The translations under genes were made by a program, and so were the position numbers. A DNA stretch of 64,000 nt, from NCBI GenBank assembly GCA_963832745.1, contig CAWHVC010000002.1, positions 128,001 through 192,000 of the forward strand, in the 5' to 3' direction. How positions within the stretch are numbered: the stretch's first letter is position 1; every line of letters starts with the position of its first letter. Of the stretch, positions 41,716 to 50,219 are shown in pieces. The notes below the pieces were generated by a model. It was not told where the DNA came from, did no database searches, and was given only the letters and a program-made list of their open reading frames with translations. This stretch comes from Candidatus Bathyarchaeota archaeon. Lineage in GTDB: Archaea; Thermoproteota; Bathyarchaeia; Bathyarchaeales; Bathycorpusculaceae.

Positions 41716-41729
41716 GCTTGTATCATCTG

Positions 41730-42266
41730 TTAAATCATGCTTTTAAGTTGTGGGAAAACACGGAGTACCGCATACGATAAAGGTACTGCTATTATTACTC
41801 CGACGAACATTTGGAACAGGTTAAACGGGACTTCTGCTAAGGCTGCGCCGAATCCGTAGCCTAAAACGAATTGTTCATAGAGGAAATAGCCGGTAACCAT
41901 TTCTAATCCGCCTACTAGAACGGCGATTGTTGCGCAAATAGCGTCGTTTTTGATGTGTTTTTTGAGTTTTCTGCTTAGCCACCCGACTATTGCGCCTTCT
42001 GTTCCTTTGATTACTAATGTTCCTGGGGCGAAGTAGCCGTATCCAAGGTAAATGTCTGATAGCATTGCTCCTATGCCTCCCGAGAAGGCGCCTACTGTGG
42101 GTCCAAAGATTAATGCTGCTGTGTAGATGATTATTTCTCCGAAGTTGAAGTAGCCGCTTGTAGCTGGGATGGGGAAAGCGAAGATTATTGTTGCTACTGC
42201 GACAAGTGCTGCGAAGACGGCTGTTAATGCTGCTGTTAGTGCTGGGCTTTTGTGTTTTTGTTGCAT
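41730..42266 (-). CDS. ECF transporter S component (HmpT/PdxU2-like)
   Basis: AALVAVAT..PIPATSGYFNFGE..GIGAMLSD..APGTLVIKG; ~6 TM. Confidence 0.85.
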   Translation of the reverse strand: MQQKHKSPALTAALTAVFAALVAVATIIFAFPIPATSGYFNFGEIIIYTAALIFGPTVGAFSGGIGAMLSDIYLGYGYFAPGTLVIKGTEGAIVGWLSRKLKKHIKNDAICATIAVLVGGLEMVTGYFLYEQFVLGYGFGAALAEVPFNLFQMFVGVIIAVPLSYAVLRVFPQLKSMI

Positions 42267-42298
42267 GGTTTTTACCTTGGTGTAGGCTGTGACTTTAG

Positions 42299-42340
42299 TA
42301 GTATAGTTGTGGCTATACTATCTAATAAATTTGTTTTCAC
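42299..42340 (-). promoter_or_regulatory. Promoter (BRE/TATA) with adjacent perfect 8-bp inverted repeat, candidate operator
   Basis: TAGTATAG-TTGTGG-CTATACTA at 42299-42320; minus-strand GAAAACAAA-TTTATTAG immediately upstream. Confidence 0.6.
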
Positions 42341-42354
42341 GCGACCCTTCTATT

Positions 42355-43752
42355 TTACATCAAGAGTTGAATCTCATCAAACGCCGCCAAAACCTTCCTA
42401 CCCCGCTCCGTAATACGGAAAAACCGTTTCCCCGAATCCTCATAACTAACCACCAAACCCTTAGCCTCCAACTCATTAAGATGCTGATACACTGCACCCC
42501 GCGTCATAATCTGACCCAACTGCTTCCATAAATCATAACCATACGAATCCGCCTCACTAAGCACCTTGAGAATCTTCTGCTTCGTACTCACCCTAGGCCC
42601 TAAACCCGCGGCTTTCTGCTTTTTTGTCAACGTCTGCAATACATCTGTAGCTTTAAGGCCGCTGCCCGTGATGAGGCAAACCACTGTGTCTTGAGCGGAG
42701 ATGTTGGTGGTTCTAAGTTTTTGGAGTGCTGCTACTGTGGCAGAACTTGCAGGCTCCGCAAAAACACCCTCCAATTTTGCAACTAACAACTCTGACGCCA
42801 AAATCTCTGGGTCAGATACTGTCAAAGCCAACCCATTTGACTCTTTAATGGCCTTTATCGCCAAGTCACTTTGCAATGGGTCACCAACAAGAATTGCAAG
42901 AGCTCTTGTTGATGTGCTACAGGCTTTCGATGATGTCTCTTCGGTTAGTTTTTTGACTATTGGTGCGCAGCCTTCTGTTTGGACACCAACCATCCGCGGC
43001 AACTTGCCTGTTAATCCGAGCTGTTTGAGTTCTTTAAAGCCCTTCCAAAGCGAGTAAATAGTTCCGCCGCTTCCCATAGAAACAATAATCCAATCCGGAA
43101 CCCCCAACTGTTCAAAAACCTCGTAAGCGATTGTTTTTTGTGCTTCAATTGCGAGCGGGTTGATTTCTGCGGTGGCTTGATACCAACCTGTTTCCTTCGA
43201 TAGCGTAATGGCTTTTTGGATGGCTTCGTCGATTATGTCGCCTGATTCTTCAATAACTGCGTCGTAAGCAATCATCTGCGCCAACTTGCCTACATCAACC
43301 ATTTTGGGGACTAAAACATGGCATTGCAGCCCCGCTTTAGCTGTATACGCCGCAAGTGATGCGCCCATGTTTCCGTTAGTTCCGCAAATTACGGCTTCAA
43401 AGCCTTGATCAATCGCGTTTGAAGTCAAAAAAGCAGCTGCACGGTCACGATAACTGTTTGTGGGATTGCGTGTTTCATCTTTCAAGTAAAGTTCATTGAG
43501 TCCAATGGCTTTAGCAAGCCTTTCAGCTTTGTGCAGTGGAGTTACGCCTTCACCTAAACTGACAATGTGCCTGACAGGCGGAAGCATTGGTTGATACTTC
43601 CAGAATCCTTCAAGCCCCAGCAACTTAAACGCCGACGCCTCTGGCAAATCTGCTGTGTATTCCAGTGTGCCGCCGCATTTTTCGCAGTTACTCCGTAGTG
43701 GTCTAACGGGGTATTCTGTTTGACAGTTGGTGCATTTGAGTGTTGGTTTCAT
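42355..43752 (-). CDS. Threonine-synthase-like (fold type II PLP) protein with Lys-to-Arg at the PLP site, fused to a C-terminal PadR-like winged helix
   Basis: N-terminal Zn ribbon, SLGEGVTPL, NPTNSYRDR (canonical NPTGSFKDR), EPASSA, ITGSGLK; tail SYGYDLWKQL..TRGAVYQHLNELEAKGLV..FRITERG. Confidence 0.85.
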   Translation of the reverse strand: MKPTLKCTNCQTEYPVRPLRSNCEKCGGTLEYTADLPEASAFKLLGLEGFWKYQPMLPPVRHIVSLGEGVTPLHKAERLAKAIGLNELYLKDETRNPTNSYRDRAAAFLTSNAIDQGFEAVICGTNGNMGASLAAYTAKAGLQCHVLVPKMVDVGKLAQMIAYDAVIEESGDIIDEAIQKAITLSKETGWYQATAEINPLAIEAQKTIAYEVFEQLGVPDWIIVSMGSGGTIYSLWKGFKELKQLGLTGKLPRMVGVQTEGCAPIVKKLTEETSSKACSTSTRALAILVGDPLQSDLAIKAIKESNGLALTVSDPEILASELLVAKLEGVFAEPASSATVAALQKLRTTNISAQDTVVCLITGSGLKATDVLQTLTKKQKAAGLGPRVSTKQKILKVLSEADSYGYDLWKQLGQIMTRGAVYQHLNELEAKGLVVSYEDSGKRFFRITERGRKVLAAFDEIQLLM

Positions 43753-43894
43753 CCTTTGCTATTTGCTTAAACGGGCTTTTTATGTTATGCCTTGAATCGG
43801 GTTGTAGTTGCGGTTTTGCAATCACAAATTTTTAAAAATATAGTTTGGTCTAAACAGCTTGAGTTTCTTTGGAATTTTTGAATAAAATTTTGAG

Positions 43895-46063
43895 TTGATT
43901 ATTTTGGAAAAAAATGAAAAGAAATCTCAATCAAAAACAATTGATAATCTTGAATCCTACAGAGTTGAATCCAAAAACCAGCAATTAACAACCAATACAG
44001 GCGTAAAAATTAATGACACCGATAACTCACTGCGAGCGGGTCCTCGTGGACCGACGCTTTTGGAAGATTTCCATTTTAGAGAAAAACTGACGCATTTCGA
44101 CCATGAACGCATACCTGAAAGAGTTGTCCACGCAAGAGGCTCAGGCGCGCATGGCTACTTCCAAGTTTACAAATCAATGAATAAATATACTAAAGCAAAG
44201 TTTCTGCAAGACCCCGAAACAAAAACGCCCGTTTTCGTTCGTTTTTCAACTGTTGCTGGTTCTCGAGGTTCAGCGGACACTGTGCGCGATGTCCGAGGTT
44301 TTGCCACACGATTCTATACTGAGGACGGAAATTATGACTTAGTTGGAAACAACATCCCCATCTTCTTTATACAAGATGCTATTAAATTTCCCGACTTAAT
44401 CCATGCTGTTAAGCCTGAACAGGATAACGAGATTCCTCAAGCAGCCACTGCGCATAACACTTTTTGGGATTTTGTGGCTAATAACCCTGAAATTGCTCAC
44501 ATGATTATGTGGGCTATGTCTGACCGGGCGCTTCCCCGAAGTTTTCGTATGATGGATGGTTTTGGAGTAAACACTTACCGCTTTGTTAACGAAGAGGGTA
44601 AATCGTGTTTTGTAAAGTTCCATTGGCGTGCAATGCTTGGTGCGCATTCGTTGGCATGGGATGAAGCCCAGAAAATTGCTGGTAAAGACCCTGACTTTAA
44701 TCGTCGTGATCTTTGGGAAGCTATTGAGATGGGTGATTTTCCTGAATACGAGTTTTCTGTGCAGATTATTGATGAGGCGGATGCGGAAAAGTTTGATTTT
44801 GATATTTTGGATGCTACAAAGATTTGGCCTGAAGAACTGGTGCCCTTGCAGCCTGTTGGTAAGATGGTTTTGAACCGTAATCCTGACAATTTTTTTGCGG
44901 AAACTGAGCAGGTGGCTTTTTGTCCTGCGAATGTTGTTCCGGGTATTGATGTTAGTGATGATCCGTTGTTGCAGGGTAGATTGTTTTCGTATTTTGATAC
45001 GCAGCTTACACGTTTGGGTGGGCCGAATTTTAATGAGATTCCTATTAACAAGCCGGTGGTGCCGGTTGTTAATAATCAACGTGATGGTTTTCATCAAATG
45101 AATATCAATAAGGGTTCAGTGGCGTATTACCCTAACTCTCTTAATGATAATTATCCTCGGGCTGGATTGGACTCCAAGGCGGGTTACGTGCATTACCCTG
45201 AAAGGGTGCAAGGGGATAAGGTGCGGGTTAGGAGCGAGACTTTTCAAGAGCATTTTGGTCAGGCGATTTTGTTCTGGAACAGCATGACGGAACCCGAAAA
45301 ATATCATATTATCAAGGCGTTTCATTTTGAAGTTGGAAAAGTTACTGATATGGTTACGCGCCAAAAAATTGTTGATATGTTTAACAATGTGGATAATGAA
45401 CTTGCTAAAGCTATCGCGTTAGGTGTGGGTGCTAATCCGCCAAAACCTGTTGAACGCCATATGCCTAAGGTTTTGGTGTCTAAGGCTTTGTCGCAGGATA
45501 ATCCGCAACGTCGCAGCGCTAAAACCCGTAAAGTAGCAATTTTTATGATGGACGGGTTTAATGATGAAGAGTTAATGTTGGTTAAGGATTCTTTAACGGC
45601 GGCGGGGGTTCATGTTACGGTGATTTCGCAGTACTTGAGTCCAATTAAAAGTTTAAACGGCAAACAATTTGTTCCTGACAGCAACTTTGTTGGCGCTGCA
45701 AGTTCAGTTCTTTTTGACGCAATTTATATTCCGGGTGGTGAGGCAAGCATTGACGCTTTGGCGCATCAAATGTTTGTGTTGGAGTTTCTAAATGAAGCTT
45801 ATAAGCATTGTAAGGCGATTGCGGCTTCAAGTGAAGGCATCGGGTTATTGCAGCAAACGGTTAGTGAGGCTAAACTTGCATTTTCAAATGCTGTGGTGTC
45901 GGATAAGGGTGTGGTTACTTGTATGGGTGCGCCGACTGAAGAGTTTACTGGGGCTTTTTTGGATGCGATTGCTAAGCATCGGCATTGGGTGCGGGAGAAA
46001 ACCGAGGATGTTCCGGTTGAGCTTCAGGCTGTGCTTGGTGAATGGTTAACTAAAGAGCAGTAA
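43895..46063 (+). CDS. katE: Large-subunit monofunctional catalase (HPII/clade 2) with C-terminal flavodoxin-like (DJ-1/PfpI-like) domain
   Basis: FDHERIPERVVHARG, RFSTVAGSRGSADT, LQGRLFSYFDTQ. Confidence 0.95.
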   Translation: MIILEKNEKKSQSKTIDNLESYRVESKNQQLTTNTGVKINDTDNSLRAGPRGPTLLEDFHFREKLTHFDHERIPERVVHARGSGAHGYFQVYKSMNKYTKAKFLQDPETKTPVFVRFSTVAGSRGSADTVRDVRGFATRFYTEDGNYDLVGNNIPIFFIQDAIKFPDLIHAVKPEQDNEIPQAATAHNTFWDFVANNPEIAHMIMWAMSDRALPRSFRMMDGFGVNTYRFVNEEGKSCFVKFHWRAMLGAHSLAWDEAQKIAGKDPDFNRRDLWEAIEMGDFPEYEFSVQIIDEADAEKFDFDILDATKIWPEELVPLQPVGKMVLNRNPDNFFAETEQVAFCPANVVPGIDVSDDPLLQGRLFSYFDTQLTRLGGPNFNEIPINKPVVPVVNNQRDGFHQMNINKGSVAYYPNSLNDNYPRAGLDSKAGYVHYPERVQGDKVRVRSETFQEHFGQAILFWNSMTEPEKYHIIKAFHFEVGKVTDMVTRQKIVDMFNNVDNELAKAIALGVGANPPKPVERHMPKVLVSKALSQDNPQRRSAKTRKVAIFMMDGFNDEELMLVKDSLTAAGVHVTVISQYLSPIKSLNGKQFVPDSNFVGAASSVLFDAIYIPGGEASIDALAHQMFVLEFLNEAYKHCKAIAASSEGIGLLQQTVSEAKLAFSNAVVSDKGVVTCMGAPTEEFTGAFLDAIAKHRHWVREKTEDVPVELQAVLGEWLTKEQ

Positions 46064-46131
46064 TTTTTTTCTATTCTTTTTTGTAGGTTTTGCTGAAGAG
46101 GAAAATCTAAATGTGAGTTTCCGCAAACTAT

Positions 46132-46560
46132 TTGCAGTTGATGATTATGAGTATAAAAGAAGACCCAATTAAACTCCACAAAGACGCTAATGCTTTGATG
46201 GAAAACGGCAAATATGTTGAAGCACGTGAACTTTTCTCCAAAGTAGCTGAACTTTACTTTAAAGGGCAAAACTATTTCGGCGCTGCTGAAATGAACTACA
46301 AAGCCGGCGAATGTAGCGTAAACCTGAAAGAGTATCCCCAAGCCGTTGAATCCTTCAATAAAGCTGCAGATATCGCTTTAAACAAGGGTTTTGACCGTTA
46401 CGGGTTAAGCGCGTTGGAACAAGCCCGAGACAGCCAAAAAGCGGCAGGTAACAGCAAAGAAGCGGAAGAAATCGATGCCCGCATAAAAGAAATTAATGAC
46501 AAAATCAACAAGCAGAATGCTGTCGGCGACGAAGAATCGTCTTTTTCAGTGTTCTCTTAA
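46132..46560 (+). CDS. TPR/SNAP-like helical repeat protein
   Basis: Repeated A/G-x-Y-x-x-A helical pattern. Confidence 0.7.
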   Translation: MQLMIMSIKEDPIKLHKDANALMENGKYVEARELFSKVAELYFKGQNYFGAAEMNYKAGECSVNLKEYPQAVESFNKAADIALNKGFDRYGLSALEQARDSQKAAGNSKEAEEIDARIKEINDKINKQNAVGDEESSFSVFS

Positions 46561-46599
46561 ACGCAACTTTTTTCTTTTCTTTATTTTTAAAATTCTAAT

Positions 46600-46770
46600 T
46601 TACTGGTTTTCAACATGTTACTGGCATGTTTTTCAACCAATACGACCTGCCCCCTTAGTGATTTTGGGCTGAATAAGGGTGGATAGAGTCTACCCGTCTG
46701 GTTTTACTCTACCCCTTTAGGTTTTTGCATTGATCTGCTATTTGGATCCTAATAGACTCCTAATAGGTTG
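46600..46770 (-). repeat. Two partial copies of the dispersed repeat
   Basis: rc CAACCTATTAGGAGTCTATTAGGATCCAAATAGCAGATCAATGCAAAAACCTAAAGGGGTAGAG (46706-46770) and rc CTAAGGGGGCAGGTCGTATTGG..AACATGTTGAAAACCAGT (46600-46658). Confidence 0.72.
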
Positions 46771-46970
46771 GTGGCAACATAGAAATGCAAGACTGCAAGG
46801 AAAACAAAATGCATTCGGGTTCTAGCATGACCCATTCTGCAAGGCTACTGCATTTTTCGCGCTCCAACAGCCAAACCAGCAGCAAAGCATGCATTATAAA
46901 CAATTTTGGCGTTAAAAAATGCCGATTTAAAACGTGTGAAATAGTCAGAGAATTGCCAAATAATTGCTTG

Positions 46971-47216
46971 TTAAGCGGTTTTTTCTGTGCAGTATCCTTC
47001 TTCTTCCTCACTTGGCTGCAAGCTGCCCATGCTTCCGCTTGCCATCGAAATATTTGCGTCCAAATCTTGATGGCACGTTAACCAGTGATTATCATACTCT
47101 TGCCGAGAATCAAAAACCCGTCCACATACTGTGCACTCAAGCTTATCTCCAACAATTTTAGGCTCCCGCATACCAACTGTGCTGTCCACATCACGTGTAC
47201 CATAAGCTTTATCCAA
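46971..47216 (-). CDS. Small C2H2 zinc-finger protein
   Basis: CTVCGRVFDSRQEYDNHWLTCH. Confidence 0.7.
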   Translation of the reverse strand: MDKAYGTRDVDSTVGMREPKIVGDKLECTVCGRVFDSRQEYDNHWLTCHQDLDANISMASGSMGSLQPSEEEEGYCTEKTA

Positions 47217-47389
47217 AAATAATCAACCAAAAAAGCTTAGGCAACGCCAACCCTTTAATTTTTGTGACTACAAAACGAGACCTATTTCTCAATCGGTGGT
47301 TTCGGACAATATTTTGACATTTACTCCACCAGATGCTGTTTCTATGTGGCTGCTCGTTTAAAACTGCTTTTCCCATAAGTTCCCCTTCA

Positions 47390-47443
47390 CCCTACCCTCT
47401 ATAGGTTTTTGCATAGAACCTCTATTAGGTCCAAATAGGTTGG
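47390..47443 (-). repeat. Copy of the dispersed repeat
   Basis: rc CCAACCTATTTGGACCTAATAGAGGTTCTATGCAAAAACCTATAGAGGGTAGGG. Confidence 0.78.
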
Positions 47444-47449
47444 CGTTGC

Positions 47450-47718
47450 TTACTCGGTTTTTAGTTTTACAAACTGTTCTATAACAGAACCGCATCTGCG
47501 GCAGTTAATATGCAAGCCGTACCTGTGGCTTTCAAAACCGCTGATTGGCGCATTTTTTGCTGAAAAACAAACCCGCATCGTCTACACCTGTAATTATCGC
47601 CCACTCGAGTTTTATGCCTCTGCAAACGGTCATAAACTAGTGCGCCTACCCCGACAAGAATCAATGGCCCCAAGAAAAAGAAAACGTCAAACAATGCAAC
47701 TAACACGTTACCGTCCAT
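47450..47718 (-). pseudogene. Membrane-anchored zinc-finger gene with a single frameshift
   Basis: TM plus CRRCG in one frame; the second knuckle HINCRRCG lies in the shifted frame after GTTTTTCAGCAAAAAATG. Confidence 0.6.
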
Positions 47719-47805
47719 TTTAATCCACCAAGTAACCGTTTAGATTTTTAATTTTAAGAATTAAGTCAAAAATCGAATAAAATTTCCGATGCACCACAAT
47801 CCTCC

Positions 47806-47931
47806 CTAGTAAACATCTCTAAACCGTTTCCCACAACAGCAACACTCATACTCAGTAATCCGAAAAGTAGTCGCCTCAAACGTACGCAACACTTTAGCCG
47901 CGTTATTGCCGCATGCAGGACAAATAACCAA
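47806..47931 (-). CDS. 41-aa zinc-ribbon microprotein (possibly Cren7-like fold); absent from the ORF track
   Basis: MVICPACGNNAAKVLRTFEATTFRITEYECCCCGKRFRDVY; TTG start preceded by GGGGAG. Confidence 0.65.
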   Translation of the reverse strand: MVICPACGNNAAKVLRTFEATTFRITEYECCCCGKRFRDVY

Positions 47932-47954
47932 CCACTCCCCCGCCTATAAAAAGT

Positions 47955-48134
47955 TCACTGGCTACTGTAAACTTCGATTTTGCGGATTTTACTGCACCAA
48001 GGAATTTGAGCTTCTTTCCGAATGTCTTTTTCTATTTGGTTGTTTGAGGTTTGGGTTGACTCGTAACCTAACTCTATCTCAATAACTGCTTTTTTGGGTA
48101 GCATGTTTTGGGTTTCGTGATTATTTTGTTTCAT
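47955..48134 (-). CDS. Small conserved hypothetical protein (K.AVIEI.L..ES...IPW family); absent from the ORF track
   Basis: ...MLPKKAVIEIELGYESTQTSNNQIEKDIRKEAQIPWCSKIRKIEV; paralog at 59237. Confidence 0.7.
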   Translation of the reverse strand: MKQNNHETQNMLPKKAVIEIELGYESTQTSNNQIEKDIRKEAQIPWCSKIRKIEVYSSQ

Positions 48135-48214
48135 ATGGCATATATCTCCAATCCTAACTCGATATTTTATACTTATATATTTTTTCTATTTCTAAGTTAA
48201 AATTTAAAGCATTC

Positions 48215-48523
48215 ATGTTATCTGTGGGTTTAACTCATAATCAACCAAGGGTTTGCCATTTGAAAATCTCGCAAATAATCAAAGTCCCCACAGTACGAAT
48301 AATGCTATGTTTATACGAAAAAGGTGAATTAAGACACTCCCAATTATCCAAGCTAACAGCCAGCAGGGGAACCCTGAGCCTTAGCTTAAAAGAACTCGAA
48401 CAAGACGGCTTAATACAAAGAAAAATCCTAGACACAAAACCCATACAAAGCATCTACAGCCTAACCGAAAAAGGAAAAACAATCGCCCAACAACTAACCC
48501 AAATACAACAAAACATAAAATAA
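48215..48523 (+). CDS. HxlR-like winged-helix transcriptional regulator
   Basis: LRHSQL..SRGTLSLSLKELEQDGLIQRK..YSLTEKG. Confidence 0.8.
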   Translation: MLSVGLTHNQPRVCHLKISQIIKVPTVRIMLCLYEKGELRHSQLSKLTASRGTLSLSLKELEQDGLIQRKILDTKPIQSIYSLTEKGKTIAQQLTQIQQNIK

Positions 48524-48643
48524 ATTAAAATAACGTTTTTTGTCCCCTATGAAAAGCCATTTAATTGAGCGGTTAAGCTATTGCTGTTTTATCCATGTTT
48601 GTTAGGTCTTACATTTGAAGTAAACTTAATGTTGATTCGAAAA

Positions 48644-49429
48644 TCATGACTGAATCAAATCATTTTTAGAAATTGTTAATATTTTAGGTTGCCTTTTGCT
48701 CGGGGATGTTATAGTTAAATGGATTGTTACAATGTTTACTCGATGAGACTCAATTAATATTGAAGATGGTATTTGAAGGGTAAAATCGCCTTTACAAAAA
48801 ATAACATAAAATCCTTCTGAAACAGTTAATGTTTTGATGTATGTCAGGATTTGATTGAATCCCTTTATTACCCTGTTCTTTTGATTTTGCGTAATTACTT
48901 TAACTTCTATGGGGAACCATTCATCTTTTGATTGTATGAGAACATCGGGTATATTTTTCCCAAATATTGCTTCTGATATTGGTGTCACGTTATTGTCGTG
49001 AAGGAAAATGCAGAGTTTTCGTGTTAGTTCTTTTTCATTATCTCTAATTAGTGCCTCGGTTGCATTTTCAGTTAAGTTAACAATTTCGTTCGAGTTATAC
49101 CATTCACAGCGACGTTGAAATTTAACCAGTAGAGATAAGCCTAAATTTGTCTTATCGAATCGGTCAAGAATAAAGTTGTGAATTCTTTTTAGGTCAATTA
49201 GAGTTAGTTCGACATCGAAGTAATCTTTATCCCAATTGTAAAGCGATAATGAGAATTCCTTTAATGCGCTGCTGTTTTTGATGTATCTTTTCATTGCATT
49301 AACATCGTTTACGAAAACTGAGCCAGTGAAAATATTCTCATTTAGAGCGTCATGGCACTCTCTCTTATTTCCGTTAACTGCTTTGTAAATTCTAATTAGT
49401 CTCTCTAATGCACCCCAAGCAGCAGTCAA
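48644..49429 (-). CDS. AT-rich PD-(D/E)XK nuclease-domain protein (possibly 5'-damaged)
   Basis: EKEL..LFL...PDVLI...PIEVK...GFNQILTY; frame stays open ~100 codons upstream of the TTG. Confidence 0.6.
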   Translation of the reverse strand: MTAAWGALERLIRIYKAVNGNKRECHDALNENIFTGSVFVNDVNAMKRYIKNSSALKEFSLSLYNWDKDYFDVELTLIDLKRIHNFILDRFDKTNLGLSLLVKFQRRCEWYNSNEIVNLTENATEALIRDNEKELTRKLCIFLHDNNVTPISEAIFGKNIPDVLIQSKDEWFPIEVKVITQNQKNRVIKGFNQILTYIKTLTVSEGFYVIFCKGDFTLQIPSSILIESHRVNIVTIHLTITSPSKRQPKILTISKNDLIQS

Positions 49430-50219
49430 CTTTGCTATTTGTATCGAATCCCAATACTCGTGGCATTTGGTGAATAATTCATCATCCTTTTTAGAACTGA
49501 AAAAAACTTGTTCGTATTCAACTTTAAAAATATCTGAGAGTTTTTTTGCAATGGTTGAATCTTTAATTTCCCAAAAAATTTTTTTCAGTATTAACTCAAG
49601 ATTCAGCCATGCTGGACCATTAGAAGCTACTCTGTTTCCACTGGCAAATCCGTCAAATTCGTCTAAAAGAGACTTTATTTCTCTTGAACTTATGGGATTT
49701 GGTAAAGCTGCTTTTATTTCTTGAGCTATTCCCTCACAAAGTCATGCGTTTGTCATAGCCTTTCAGTTAATATAATACTCCTCGGAATATGCATCTTTAA
49801 AGTACTTTCCCCCATAAATAACAGGTGTATTGGTGATATGTTGGTGCAGGTAAATTACCATCCAGCCCAATTACATAATTGTAATTCATAATGGTAAAGT
49901 CATGAATTCGGTATTTTGAAGAATTTCAAGATGCATAGACTTTCAATCTTTATTAATATAGGACTAGTTCTTGATGAGTATCATTATACACAATGGCAGA
50001 TGTTAGTTAGTAAGACGGACTTCAAATTCTGTAATTAGGCCAGACAAGCACATCATTTAGTCGGCAATTATTTCGGTGTTTAGTTTTGTTTGTTCTTTTT
50101 TGTTAGCCAAACTATTATGCAGGCTGCGGCTGCTACTCCTATGGCTACTGCATTGTTGTGGCGTAGTTTGTATGAAAAAAGCTAACAAGCAAAAAATGTA
50201 AAGAAAGCAGAAAAACTGC

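Noticed and set aside
44396-45097. Long antisense ORFs inside katE (and similarly 8891..9598 inside hypE, 18203..18688 inside rpl24/rps4e)
   Set aside because: Shadow ORFs opposite well-supported genes, with biased composition and no recognisable motifs.
49742-49770. Selenocysteine or TGA recoding in the nuclease gene
   Set aside because: Other genes here end in TGA normally, there is no Sec-type motif context or visible SECIS, and decay is more parsimonious.
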